From: an uncultured bacterium
Lineage (GTDB): Bacteria > Krumholzibacteriota > Krumholzibacteriia > LZORAL124-64-63
Direction of reading: 5' to 3'
DNA length: 64,000 nucleotides
NCBI GenBank assembly: GCA_937864225.1
Contig: CALMJK010000004.1
Span: 11,700 to 75,699, forward strand
The position numbers were made by a program, and so were the translations under genes. The notes under the pieces are model-generated. The model made no database searches. It saw nothing but the letters and a program-made list of their open reading frames with translations, and was not told the DNA's origin. Within the stretch, counting starts at the first letter, position 1, and the number at the start of each line of letters is the position of its first letter. Positions 45,921 to 55,625 of this stretch are shown piece after piece.

Positions 45921-46274
45921 TTGAACATCAAGCAGAAACCGAGCGGCGACATCATGGTGTTGCATCTGTCCGGCAAGATCATGGGCGGCGAGGATCACGA
46001 TCGTTTCACCACGGAGATCAAGTCGCTGATCAACCAGGGTTATGTGGACATCCTGCTCAACATGTCCAAGGTGAGCTGGATCAACTCGACCGGCCTGGGC
46101 GTGTTGGTGTCCGGCTTCCACACGCTGAGAAAGAACGGCGGCACGATGAAAATCGCCGAGGTGAGCGACCGCATCGACAACATCCTGAACGTCACCCAAC
46201 TCAAGCTGGTCTTCGAGACGTATGACAACGAAAGCAAGGCGCTGGCCTCGTACCAGCAGCAGCCGCCGAAGTAG
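45921..46274 (+). CDS. STAS domain anti-sigma factor antagonist 1
   Basis: LSGKIMGG and WINSTGLGVL motifs; TTG 45921 after GAGGAGG. Confidence 0.9.
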   Translation: MNIKQKPSGDIMVLHLSGKIMGGEDHDRFTTEIKSLINQGYVDILLNMSKVSWINSTGLGVLVSGFHTLRKNGGTMKIAEVSDRIDNILNVTQLKLVFETYDNESKALASYQQQPPK

Positions 46275-46313
46275 GGTGAGCGCGGCCGCGGGGGAGCGGC
46301 GGAGGGAGAAAAC

Positions 46314-46670
46314 GTGAAGATCAAGGACAAGACCCTGGGCGGCGTCACGCTGCTCGACCTGTCGGGCAAGATCATGGGCGGCGAAGACTACGACGTGTTC
46401 CAGGGCAAGGTGAAGTCGCTGGTTGCCGAGGGAAAGATCGACCTGCTGCTCGACATGGGGGGTGTCGACTGGGTCAACTCGACGGGGTTGGGCATTCTGG
46501 TCGCGGGCTACACGACCCTGCGCAAGAACAACGGCCGCATGAAGATCTGCTGCGTCAGCCGCCGGGTGGACGACATCCTGATCGTCTCGGGGCTGAAGAG
46601 AGTGTTCGAGGTCTTCGACTCGCGGGAAGAGGCGATCGCGTCGTTCGGTCCGACGGCCTCGACGGGGTGA
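46314..46670 (+). CDS. STAS domain anti-sigma factor antagonist 2
   Basis: LSGKIMGG and WVNSTGLGIL motifs. Confidence 0.9.
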   Translation: MKIKDKTLGGVTLLDLSGKIMGGEDYDVFQGKVKSLVAEGKIDLLLDMGGVDWVNSTGLGILVAGYTTLRKNNGRMKICCVSRRVDDILIVSGLKRVFEVFDSREEAIASFGPTASTG

Positions 46671-47017
46671 GGATCCGCCGTCGCGACGCCGGCAAGGTCG
46701 CGGTGCTTGAGGCCGCCGGCCAACTGGCCGGCGCCGCCGACCAACGGCAGTTTCACGACACGATCCGCGGCTTGGTGGCTGAGGGGCGGCTCGAGGTCCT
46801 GATCGACCTTTCCCGCCTCACCCGGCTCAACTCCACCGGCTTGGGGGCGCTCGTGGCGGGCTACCACACCGTCGCGCGCGCGGGGGGCAGGCTCAAGCTC
46901 TGCGCTGTCAACGACCGCATCGACAGCATCCTGGCCGGCAGCGGGCTTTACAGCGTCTTTGAGGTGTTCCGGACCGAAGAAGAGGCGCTCGTCGCGTTCG
47001 CCCGGCCGCGGGTCTGA
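46667..47017 (+). CDS. STAS domain anti-sigma factor antagonist 3
   Basis: LNSTGLGAL, GGRLKL and VFEVF.TEEEAL motifs. Confidence 0.88.
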   Translation: MRIRRRDAGKVAVLEAAGQLAGAADQRQFHDTIRGLVAEGRLEVLIDLSRLTRLNSTGLGALVAGYHTVARAGGRLKLCAVNDRIDSILAGSGLYSVFEVFRTEEEALVAFARPRV

Positions 47018-47125
47018 CCGCCGCCGCCAGGGTCCGCGCGAACGGCGCGACGCGCCCTCAAGCTCCCCGGTCGGCGAGCCGATCTTCCTGACGCAGGCCC
47101 CGCCGCGTCACAAAGGAGGCCCGTC

Positions 47126-47596
47126 GTGAGGAGCCAGGCCATGACCGTCACCCGCTCGCCCGCCCTGACCGTCGATGGGGTCGTGCTGCGTTTCCACTGC
47201 CCGCAGCCCGGGCGCGCCTGCTGCGACGTGCTGCTCGTCCAGCGCGCCCGCGAGCCTTTCGCGGGAAGCTGGGCCTTCCCCGGGGGCTTCGTGGAGTACG
47301 GGGAGGACCCCGGCGCGGCCGCGCGCCGCGAAATCGAGGAGGAGACCGGCCTGCACGGCCTTCCCCTGCGCCAGTTCCAGGTGTACGGCGATCCCAAGCG
47401 CGACCCGCGCGGCCACACGGTGACCGTGGTCTATGTCGCCGAGTTGGACGCCGGGGACCGCGGCGGCGACGCCGCGCCCCGCGCCGGCGACGACGCGGCC
47501 GACGCCGCCTGGTTTCCGGTCGATGCCTTGCCCGAGCTTGCGTTCGACCACCGGGAAATCCTCGACGACGTGCTCGACATGCGGGGCGAGCGCTAG
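47126..47596 (+). CDS. NUDIX hydrolase (ADP-ribose pyrophosphatase-like)
   Basis: PGGFVEYGE..AARREIEEETG, RDPRGH, AGDDA and LAFDH motifs; alternative start 47141. Confidence 0.9.
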   Translation: MRSQAMTVTRSPALTVDGVVLRFHCPQPGRACCDVLLVQRAREPFAGSWAFPGGFVEYGEDPGAAARREIEEETGLHGLPLRQFQVYGDPKRDPRGHTVTVVYVAELDAGDRGGDAAPRAGDDAADAAWFPVDALPELAFDHREILDDVLDMRGER

Positions 47597-47609
47597 GCGC
47601 GCAGGCGGC

Positions 47610-47834
47610 TCAGAACAGGCTTCGCAGCATGAGCGCGCCGCCGAAGAGCGCCAGAGGGATGCCGACCGGCAGGCCCACGATCGTGAAGCAGAGCCCGATG
47701 CCGGCGATCATGAGCACCAGCCCCACGATGGAGCCCACCAGGCGACCCGTGAACTTCAGGACGAAGGCCATCAGGTTCCAGAGCGCCACCAAGGGCCAGA
47801 AAATCCAGGGATAGCCACGCTTCGTATCCGTCAT
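47610..47834 (-). CDS. small hydrophobic membrane protein of unknown function
   Basis: 74 aa with 2-3 hydrophobic segments; AAGGAG SD. Confidence 0.7.
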   Translation of the reverse strand: MTDTKRGYPWIFWPLVALWNLMAFVLKFTGRLVGSIVGLVLMIAGIGLCFTIVGLPVGIPLALFGGALMLRSLF

Positions 47835-48004
47835 CAGGGCGCTCCTTCGTCGGCGCGCGATCCGCGTGTTGCGCGCCTGCGGGAAAGCCGCTAGCTTCCC
47901 CCTGCGTGGCGCGGGCTCGCCGCTCGCGCCATCACTCTAACACTTCGGCGCGACGCGCGTCACCCCTCTCGGCGGGCCCGCGCGACGGGCCCGGGGAGCG
48001 GCTT

Positions 48005-49132
48005 GTGACGGCTCCGAACTCGCCAACGCCAGCGGCCGTGGAAGCCGCCCTGCGCGACGTGCCCTGCCCGGGCATCCGCAAAGACATCGTGACGATCGGG
48101 CTGATTGGGCGCATTGCGGTCGAAGAAGGGCGGGTCAGGGTCGAGATCCTGCACACGAGCGAAAAGCCGGCGCTGATCACCCAGGTCAAGGCCCTGGTGG
48201 AGCAGAAGGTGGAGTCTTTGCCGGGCGTGCGGTCCGTCGATGCCGCCGTCACTCGCCCGCGCGAGATCGAGGCCGCCCCGCGCCGGGCCCACGGTCCTGG
48301 ACACGCGCACGCCGACGCCGGCGCGGGAGCCACAGCGCCGGCCGCTGCCGATCCCTGGGCCGACCGTGCGGCGCTGCCCGGCGTCAAGCACATCGTCATG
48401 GTCGCCAGCGCCAAGGGGGGCGTCGGCAAGTCGTCGGTCGCGGTGAATCTCGCCCTCGCCTTGCGTGACCGGCAAAGGAAGGTCGGCCTGCTCGACGCCG
48501 ACGTGTACGGGCCCTCGATCCCCGCGATGCTCGGCACGAATCAGGCTCCGCGCGTGTCGAGCGAGCACGAGATCGAACCGATCCAGACGCGCGGCCTGCA
48601 GGTGATGTCGATCGGGCTGTTGGTGCCCCCCGAGCAGGCGATGGTCTGGCGCGGACCCATGGTCTTCGCGGCCGTGAAGCAGTTCCTGAAGGACGTGCGC
48701 TGGCACGACCGCGATTACCTGATCGTGGACATGCCGCCCGGCACCGGCGACGCGCAATTGACCATGGTGCAGCAGGTGCCCGTCGATGGCGTTGTGATCG
48801 TGACGACCCCGCAGGAGATCGCTCTGGCTGACGTGAGGCGCGGCATCCAGATGTTCGGCAAGGTGGCGGTGCCGGTCCTGGGCGTGGTCGAGAACATGAG
48901 CGCGTTCATTTGCCCGCACTGCGGCGAGCGGACGGACATTTTCGGCGCGGGCGGCGGCCGCGCGGTCGCACAGGCGTTCGGGGTGCCTTTCCTGGGCGAA
49001 ATCCCGCTCGACCCGGCCCTGCGCGCGGGCGGCGACGCGGGCTGTCCCGCGATGGACGACCCGCACAGCCCTTCTCGCGCCGCCTTCCTGGCCCTGGCCG
49101 ATCGGGTCGTGGAATTTGTCGAGCGAGCCTGA
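48005..49132 (+). CDS. Mrp/NBP35 (ApbC) Fe-S cluster carrier ATPase
   Basis: KGGVGKS, DADVYGPS, VWRGPM, DMPPGTGD and ENMS..CPHC motifs. Confidence 0.93.
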   Translation: MTAPNSPTPAAVEAALRDVPCPGIRKDIVTIGLIGRIAVEEGRVRVEILHTSEKPALITQVKALVEQKVESLPGVRSVDAAVTRPREIEAAPRRAHGPGHAHADAGAGATAPAAADPWADRAALPGVKHIVMVASAKGGVGKSSVAVNLALALRDRQRKVGLLDADVYGPSIPAMLGTNQAPRVSSEHEIEPIQTRGLQVMSIGLLVPPEQAMVWRGPMVFAAVKQFLKDVRWHDRDYLIVDMPPGTGDAQLTMVQQVPVDGVVIVTTPQEIALADVRRGIQMFGKVAVPVLGVVENMSAFICPHCGERTDIFGAGGGRAVAQAFGVPFLGEIPLDPALRAGGDAGCPAMDDPHSPSRAAFLALADRVVEFVERA

Positions 49133-50309
49133 GTTCTCCGGGCGCGGCGAGCGCCTGCTCTTCGCGGCCCTGCTGGCGTGCGCCGCCGCGGCGAGCGTGT
49201 CGGTGGCCGTCTCGCAGGCGGCGCTCGGGCTCGCCCTGCTGCTGGCGCTCGTCCGCTGGGCGCGACGGCGCGAGCGGCCCGCGCGCACGGGACTCGAACT
49301 GCCCGCGTCCCTGCTGGCCGGCTGGGCCCTGGCCACCATCCCCTTTTCCGGCGAGCCGCAGCAGAGTCTGGTTTTCGCGAGGCGTTTCTTCCTCTTGGCG
49401 CCGCTTTGGCTCTTCGCGACGTACGCGGCGACGGAACGCCGCCGCCGCTGGGTCCTGGGGGCGCTGCTGGCCGGGGCGACGGCGGTGGCGCTGCGAGGCG
49501 TGGCGGACGTCATCCGGCACGGCGCCGTGGACCTGGCGCATCGGGCGACCCTGACCCAGGGCTACATGACCGGTGGCGGCCTGATGATGCTGGCCGCGCT
49601 CGTCGCGCTCGCGCACCTGGCGGCGGCGCGTGGCGCGCGCGCCCGCGCGGTACTGGGCGTCGCGCTGGGGACGGTGCTCGCCGCGCTCGTGCTCACCTTC
49701 ACGCGCAGTTCCTGGCTCGGTTTCCTCGCCGGCGCCTGCGCGGTGCTCGGACTGCTGCGGGCGCGGCTATTGATCCCGCTCGCGGCCGCGGCGGCCCTCG
49801 GCCTGGCCGTGGCGCCGGCGTCCGTCCGCGAGCGCTTCGCCTCCTCGTTCGACCCCGGCCACGAGAACAACGTGCAGCGCGTGATCATGTGGCAGACCGG
49901 CCTGCACATGCTGCGCGACCACCCGGTCACCGGCGTGGGCGACCGTGACCTGAAGCGGCTCTACCGTGACTACCACGCCGGCGACGACGGCGTGGAGATC
50001 CAGGGTCACCTGCACAACAACCTCGTGCAGTTCGGCGCGATCTGGGGGGCGCCGGGCCTGGCGTTCGGGGCCTGGTTCCTGGTTGCGGTCGCCGTGCGTC
50101 TCTTCCGCGCGCGCCGCGCGCAACTCGCCGGCGCGGAGCGCGCTCCGCCGCTCGCCCTCGGTTGGACGCTCGCCGCCCTCGGCTGCTGGGTCGCCTTCAA
50201 CGTGGCCGGACTGTTCGAGTGGAACTTCGGCGACGCCGAAGTGCTGCTGCTGACGATGCTGACGGCGGGGTTGGGTTTGGGCGGCGGCGAACAGCGCCCG
50301 GATGCCTAG
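49116..50309 (+). CDS. O-antigen ligase family membrane protein
   Basis: Multi-TM protein; TFTRSSWLG, R..MW and HLHNN motifs. Confidence 0.85.
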   Translation: MSSEPEFSGRGERLLFAALLACAAAASVSVAVSQAALGLALLLALVRWARRRERPARTGLELPASLLAGWALATIPFSGEPQQSLVFARRFFLLAPLWLFATYAATERRRRWVLGALLAGATAVALRGVADVIRHGAVDLAHRATLTQGYMTGGGLMMLAALVALAHLAAARGARARAVLGVALGTVLAALVLTFTRSSWLGFLAGACAVLGLLRARLLIPLAAAAALGLAVAPASVRERFASSFDPGHENNVQRVIMWQTGLHMLRDHPVTGVGDRDLKRLYRDYHAGDDGVEIQGHLHNNLVQFGAIWGAPGLAFGAWFLVAVAVRLFRARRAQLAGAERAPPLALGWTLAALGCWVAFNVAGLFEWNFGDAEVLLLTMLTAGLGLGGGEQRPDA

Positions 50310-51850
50310 TCCGAATAGCCCAGTTGCTTCAATTGCCGTCTGACCCGGTCCTCGACGCTCTCCCAGCCTTCCCCGGCCTGCGCCGCGGGCCGGGCGGCGC
50401 GCAAGGGCGCGGCCGCCTCGAGCAGTTCGGCCGTGATCTCGGGGCGTGTCACGCGCAGATCCTCCTGCTCGGCGGAGTCGGCGGCGAGGTCGAAAAGCGC
50501 CAAGGGCGCGCCTTCACGGGAGGCGATCAGCTTCCAGGCTCCGCGCCGGACCGCGATCAGGTCCGGACCGTAGGCGATGTCCTCGATCAAGAGCGTGCGC
50601 TCGCTGCCTTCCCCTTCATCCAGCATCTGAGCCACCGCACGGGGCGCGCCGCCCGCGTTGGCGCGCACGGCTGACTTCGCGGCCGCGACCTGGCTGCGGC
50701 CTGCCAAGCCCGGCCTCACGGCGGACAACGGCGGCGGCTCGGCGCCCACCCATTCGCACAGCGTGGGAGCGACGTCGCACAACGACACCGGACCGGCCAC
50801 GCGCGAGCCGGCGGGCACGCCGGGCCCGGCCGCGACCCAGGGGACGCGCACGACCTCCTGGAACAGCGCGTGACCATGGCCGATCCCGTGCAGGCCGCGC
50901 GGGTCGTGGCCCCAGGCGCGCGAGGCGGCGAGGTGGTCGTGGAACTCCTCGCCGTGGTCCGAGAACACGGTCACGACGGTGTTGCGATCGAGGCTCCAGG
51001 CGCGCAGCTGCGCGACGGCCTCGGCGACGGCCGCGTCGGCCGCCTGCACGCTGGCGTCGTAGAGGGCGAGCTTGATCGCCAAGGCGGCGCGCGTGGCGTC
51101 ATCGGCGGGCCAGGGCGAGCGCCCCAGGTGCGGCGTGCCGTGGTCCGGGTCGCCCCAGCGGGCCAGGGCGCGCAGCGCCGCGCGCCGCGGACGGGTGGGG
51201 AGGGCCGCGAGGCGGGGAGCGAGCAGGCGGCGTGGCGGCAGCGTCGGCTCGTGGGGATCGTTCATGAGCACGAAGCAGAAGAAAGGGGTCTGTGCGTGGC
51301 GTCGGATCCAGTCGAGGGCGAGGTACACGACCTCGCGCGCCGGCAGATTCGCATATCGCCGCGTCTGGAACGTCTCGGCCAGGCCGAAGCCGACGAACGG
51401 GTTGGCGTAGAAGGCGGCGGTGCGCCAGCCCAGTCGACTCAGGTGGGAGGCCAATGTGGAAGGAGCGCCCCCGTAGCTTTGGGGGGGCTGGCGGTCGAGG
51501 TCGCGCACCACGCCCGCCAGACCCGCGCCGTGCACGGAGGGCATGACTCCGGTCAGGGCGCTGGAGAACGAGGGGAGGGTCCAGGGGGCGGCGGCCGTGA
51601 CGTCGGCGAAGACCGCTCCTGCGGCGCCGAGGGCGTCCAGCGCGGGAGTCAGGCTACGGCGGGCGCCGCCCGCGGCCGTGCGATCGGCGCGCAAGGTGTC
51701 GATCGCCAGCACGAGCAGGTTCGGCGGGCCGGAACGGTCGGATCGGATCCGCGCGGGCGACCACAGGCGGCGACCGTGCAGCGCCCAGCGTCGCGCCGCC
51801 GCCGCGAGTTTGCAGGCGGCGCCGATGTCGGCGAACGGGTCGTCGAGCAT
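50306..51850 (-). CDS. sulfatase/alkaline-phosphatase superfamily hydrolase
   Basis: IDTLRAD, APWTLPS..S.LTG, DPHEP and FSDHGEEF motifs; ATG 51850 after GGAGG. Confidence 0.85.
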   Translation of the reverse strand: MLDDPFADIGAACKLAAAARRWALHGRRLWSPARIRSDRSGPPNLLVLAIDTLRADRTAAGGARRSLTPALDALGAAGAVFADVTAAAPWTLPSFSSALTGVMPSVHGAGLAGVVRDLDRQPPQSYGGAPSTLASHLSRLGWRTAAFYANPFVGFGLAETFQTRRYANLPAREVVYLALDWIRRHAQTPFFCFVLMNDPHEPTLPPRRLLAPRLAALPTRPRRAALRALARWGDPDHGTPHLGRSPWPADDATRAALAIKLALYDASVQAADAAVAEAVAQLRAWSLDRNTVVTVFSDHGEEFHDHLAASRAWGHDPRGLHGIGHGHALFQEVVRVPWVAAGPGVPAGSRVAGPVSLCDVAPTLCEWVGAEPPPLSAVRPGLAGRSQVAAAKSAVRANAGGAPRAVAQMLDEGEGSERTLLIEDIAYGPDLIAVRRGAWKLIASREGAPLALFDLAADSAEQEDLRVTRPEITAELLEAAAPLRAARPAAQAGEGWESVEDRVRRQLKQLGYSD

Positions 51851-51879
51851 GCCGCCTCCGCCGCCCATGCCCCCGGTCG

Positions 51880-52965
51880 TCAGGCTGGAATCCGCAGCTC
51901 GGCTTCGATGCGCCTGGCGATCGACCGGATTTCGGACTCCGTGAGCGCGCCCTTCTTCTTGGTGTCTTCGAATTTCTCCAGCAGCGTCCGCGCGTCCTCG
52001 CGCACCGCCCGCACGAGCGGACGGAATTCCTTCCACGCCCGGTCCTGCGCCGCGCCCAGCACGGTGTCCACGTCGCGCAACGATGCCACCGCCAAGGCGC
52101 TGAGCCCCTGCTGGAGCGCGAGATCCGTCTTGCTCAAGTACCAATTGGCCTCGGCCAGGAACGAGCCGACGTTCATGTGCGAAATGTAGCTGGCGGAGTC
52201 CCGCAGCAGGCTGCGCGCCTCGCTGCGGTTGTTGCGGTCGAGCGCGTCCATCGCGCTCTGGAAAATCGCCAAGGACCGCTGCACGGGCCCGTCGAGGTTC
52301 GGTTGCGCCGTCGCCGCCACCAGAACGTCGAGCGCCTCCTCGCACGGCTGCGTCTTGCCGTCGCGGTAGAGGGTCATGACCATCGCGGCCATGGGGTCCA
52401 GGTCCTGCAGCGGATAGAGCTGTCGATATTTTTCGATCGCCAACTGCAGGCGCAGGAAGGCAGCCGTCGGGTCGCCCCGCTCGCCCAGGTCCATCTCCTG
52501 GCGGAGCGAGCCGATGCAGGCGTGCAATGTCCTGCTCGGAGAGCTTTGCTGCACGACTTCGAACAGCAGTTGGCAGTTTTCGCGGTCGTAGGCGATGTCG
52601 GACAGGCTGTGCTCTGCAATCGAGATGCGCAGATGGTGCAGCCAGTCGTACAACGTGTTGCTGCCGCGACGCAACAGCCGCACGGACCCCAAGCCGGTCT
52701 GGCGAGCCGTGTCGGTGACCTCCAGGATCTCGCCGATGTCGCGCGGCATGCCGGCCGGCCGAGCTCGCCTCGAGGCGTCGATCTCTCCGCGCTGCGTGGC
52801 CTCCGGTATGCCCTTCTTGACGGGCTTGTCCTGGGCGCGAGGGGCAGGCGCGGCGGGCCACAGCAGCCCGACGGCCAGCGTGACGAAAGCGGCGGCGGCA
52901 AGCAAGGCGGGGCGGCGCGCGGCGCGGCGCCTGCGCCAGCAACGAGCGCCAGCGGCGGTCTCCAT
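51880..52965 (-). CDS. exported, mostly alpha-helical hypothetical protein
   Basis: Arg-rich n-region plus hydrophobic signal; GGAGG SD; no recognised motif. Confidence 0.7.
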   Translation of the reverse strand: METAAGARCWRRRRAARRPALLAAAAFVTLAVGLLWPAAPAPRAQDKPVKKGIPEATQRGEIDASRRARPAGMPRDIGEILEVTDTARQTGLGSVRLLRRGSNTLYDWLHHLRISIAEHSLSDIAYDRENCQLLFEVVQQSSPSRTLHACIGSLRQEMDLGERGDPTAAFLRLQLAIEKYRQLYPLQDLDPMAAMVMTLYRDGKTQPCEEALDVLVAATAQPNLDGPVQRSLAIFQSAMDALDRNNRSEARSLLRDSASYISHMNVGSFLAEANWYLSKTDLALQQGLSALAVASLRDVDTVLGAAQDRAWKEFRPLVRAVREDARTLLEKFEDTKKKGALTESEIRSIARRIEAELRIPA

Positions 52966-53145
52966 CGAACACCTCCCGGCTCGGCTCCGGCCCGGCCGGC
53001 CGCGGCGAGGGAACCCCCTTCTCGCGCGCGAGCCCGGCTCGGCCGAAAACCGTGGCCCAACGGGGCCAGCCTATTGTACGCCCGGCGGGGAACGCCCACA
53101 ACCTCGTTGCGGCGGCCTGCCCAGGGCAACGGGGGAATCCTGATC

Positions 53146-53174
53146 TTGATTAGGGGCGGTCGCTGTCCTAGTGT
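53146..53174 (+). promoter_or_regulatory. possible sigma70 promoter of the six-gene operon
   Basis: TTGATT-N17-TAGTGT about 70 nt upstream of ATG 53245. Confidence 0.45.
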
Positions 53175-53244
53175 TGGCAGACTCACCCTTTCGCGGCCCC
53201 GCCGTCCTTCGCCGGCCCATTTGTTTTGAAGGGAGCGTCGCTCG

Positions 53245-55611
53245 ATGCCAAGTCCGATCCGGAGCCGCCAGGCTTCCCTCCGGCGCGCCGCGCCGGCCGC
53301 CGTCTGCGCTGCCCTCTGCTGCGGCGTCCTGGCGCCGGCCGCGGCCGGCGCCGCCTTGGCTGACCATCCCGTGCTGTCGGAAGTGGTCGTGCAAGTGCGC
53401 ACGACGCCGCTGACGGGCAGCAAGTATGTCGAGCTGGTCAACCCCACGGCGGTCGATCTCGACCTGTCCGACGTGCACCTCACCGACGCCACCTTCAACT
53501 CGCCGCCGACCTACTACTACGACATCGTCAAGCTCGGCGGCGCCGGCGGCGGCGGCAGCAGCGGCGATTTCCACGCCCGCTTCCCCGCTGGCGCGACGCT
53601 AGCGGCGGGCGACACGATCGCCGTCGCGATCACCGGGAGCGCGGAATACCAGGCCGCTTACGGGCGGCTGCCGGACTACGAACTGTACGAGGACGGCATT
53701 GCGCCCGATGCCGTGCCGGAGCTGGCGGCGGTGTTTCCGGGCAGCATCGGGCGCGGGCTCGGCACGGCGAACACGAACACGCCCGATCTCACCTCCGGAG
53801 GAGAGACGGTCGTGCTCTACCGCTGGGACGGCCAGAGCGACCTCGTCCAGGACCTCGATTATGTGATCTGGGGCACCGTCGTCTCGGTGCGGGTGGACAA
53901 GACCCTCGTGAGCGTGGACGGGCCGGATCCCGACACGACGCCGAGCGATTATCTGCCCGACACCTCAGTCGCGATACAGCAGGTGGTCGCGAGCGCGGCG
54001 CACAACTACGGCAATTCATTCCAGCGCCGCTCGCTCGACGAGGGGACGGAGACCGCCGCCGGCGGCAACGGCCTGACCGGCCACGACGAGACGAGCGAAC
54101 CGTTGGGCGCGACGTGGCGGATCGATCTGCCCAACAGCCCGCCGCTGGCGCCGATCGCGTTCACTCCCCCAGCGCCGATCGTCACGCGCGCCGAGGTGGA
54201 TCCCGCCCAGCCTTGGGCGGCGCAACCGATCGCCGTCGTCGCCACGGTGCTGGCCTTCGACACGGTGGAGGAGGTTTCCCTGTACTGGAGCGCGGACGGC
54301 GGCGCCTTCACGGAGGTCGCCTGCGCGCCAGGAGAAGGCAACGATTGGACGGGCCAGATCCCGGCCCAGGAGGTGGGCGTCGACGTGCGCTGGTACCTGC
54401 GCGCGACGGGCAGCGGCGGCGGCGTGGGCGTGCTGCCCGCGGCGGCGCCGCTCTACTTCAACACCTTCACGGTCCAGGATGCGCCAAATTGGCCGCCGCT
54501 GCTGCTGATCAGCGAAGTCTGCGTGCTGGGCTCGTCGAACGAGTTCGTGGAGATCGTCAACCCCGGAACGGCGGCCGTCGATCTGGGCAACTACTACCTG
54601 ACCGACGCGATCTACGCGCCTCAGTACTACTGGCGGATCGTGTTGCCCAACCCGACGCAGGCCACGGTGGGAGGCGGCGACTACACCGATTTCCACGCTC
54701 GCTTCCCGGACGGCGCGACCGTCGCGGCGGGGGACACCATCACGGTCGCCGTCGCCGGCAGCGCGGCCTTCGAGGGAGTCTACGGCTACCTTCCCGACTA
54801 CGAGTTGTTCGAGGATGGGGGCGAACCCGACGAGATCCCCGACATGCGCGAGGTGTTCCCGGGCAGCATCGTCGGCAGCACGAGCCCGTCGCTCTCCAAC
54901 GCCGGCGAGATCGTCGTGCTCTACCACTGGGACGGGGCGAGCGACCTGGTCACCGACATCGACGTGTTCCTGTGGGGCACCGCCACGAGCTACCGCTTCG
55001 ACAAGACCGGCGTGAGCATCGACGGCCCCGACGCCGACACGACGCCGAGCGCCTACCTGCCCGACACCGCGGTCGGCGCCCAGCAGCCGTTCACGACCGA
55101 GCACGCCTTCGGCGACTCCTACACGCGTGTCGACGGTGACGAGGGCGCCGAGGTCGGCAGCGGCGGCAACGGCACCTTCGGCCACAACGAGACGAGCGAG
55201 GATCTGCCGAACACGTTCGCCATACAGGCGGCATCGCCGGCCTATCCAGGCACGGGCGGTCTCGAGGGGGGAGGCGGGGTGACGCTCGTCGTCCCAGCGC
55301 GCACCTTCCTGCCGCGTTTCGGCGAGGTGTTCCCGGTGAAATTCCGCTCGCTGCTCGGTTGCCAGACCGAGGTGCGCATCTACGACCTGACGGGCCGCCA
55401 CGTCGTCACGCTGTTCGACAGCCGCTTCGACGGGATCGCGGCCACGGCGCCGGACCGTTTCACGGAGCGCCGCTGGGACGGCCGCGACGACGAGTTCGAA
55501 TTCGTGCCGGCGGGCGTCTACGTGGTGCACCTGGCCGTGACCAACGCGCGCTCCGGTGACCGGGAAACGAAGACCGCGCCCGTGGTCGTGGCCACGCGGC
55601 TGAGCGACTGA
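53245..55611 (+). CDS. secreted protein with two lamin-tail-like domains and a C-terminal FlgD-Ig/T9SS-like tail
   Basis: Signal peptide; two copies of SEV...E.VNP...DL...LTD; tail RIYDLTGRHVVTL...WDGRD...PAGVYVV. Confidence 0.8.
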   Translation: MPSPIRSRQASLRRAAPAAVCAALCCGVLAPAAAGAALADHPVLSEVVVQVRTTPLTGSKYVELVNPTAVDLDLSDVHLTDATFNSPPTYYYDIVKLGGAGGGGSSGDFHARFPAGATLAAGDTIAVAITGSAEYQAAYGRLPDYELYEDGIAPDAVPELAAVFPGSIGRGLGTANTNTPDLTSGGETVVLYRWDGQSDLVQDLDYVIWGTVVSVRVDKTLVSVDGPDPDTTPSDYLPDTSVAIQQVVASAAHNYGNSFQRRSLDEGTETAAGGNGLTGHDETSEPLGATWRIDLPNSPPLAPIAFTPPAPIVTRAEVDPAQPWAAQPIAVVATVLAFDTVEEVSLYWSADGGAFTEVACAPGEGNDWTGQIPAQEVGVDVRWYLRATGSGGGVGVLPAAAPLYFNTFTVQDAPNWPPLLLISEVCVLGSSNEFVEIVNPGTAAVDLGNYYLTDAIYAPQYYWRIVLPNPTQATVGGGDYTDFHARFPDGATVAAGDTITVAVAGSAAFEGVYGYLPDYELFEDGGEPDEIPDMREVFPGSIVGSTSPSLSNAGEIVVLYHWDGASDLVTDIDVFLWGTATSYRFDKTGVSIDGPDADTTPSAYLPDTAVGAQQPFTTEHAFGDSYTRVDGDEGAEVGSGGNGTFGHNETSEDLPNTFAIQAASPAYPGTGGLEGGGGVTLVVPARTFLPRFGEVFPVKFRSLLGCQTEVRIYDLTGRHVVTLFDSRFDGIAATAPDRFTERRWDGRDDEFEFVPAGVYVVHLAVTNARSGDRETKTAPVVVATRLSD
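53365..55206 (+). repeat. internal duplication of a ~240-aa module (about 53365-54105 and 54500-55206)
   Basis: Both copies share DFHARFP.GAT.AAGDTI.VA, LPDYEL.EDG, VVLY.WDG.SDLV.D, DGPD.DTTPS.YLPDT and GGNG..GH.ETSE. Confidence 0.9.
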
Positions 55612-55625
55612 GAGGGGGAGCGACA

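Noticed and set aside
50306..53101. 931-aa ORF suggesting a giant sulfatase
   Set aside because: The first ~417 aa are an alternative frame over the 51880-52965 gene. An SD-supported ATG lies at 51850.
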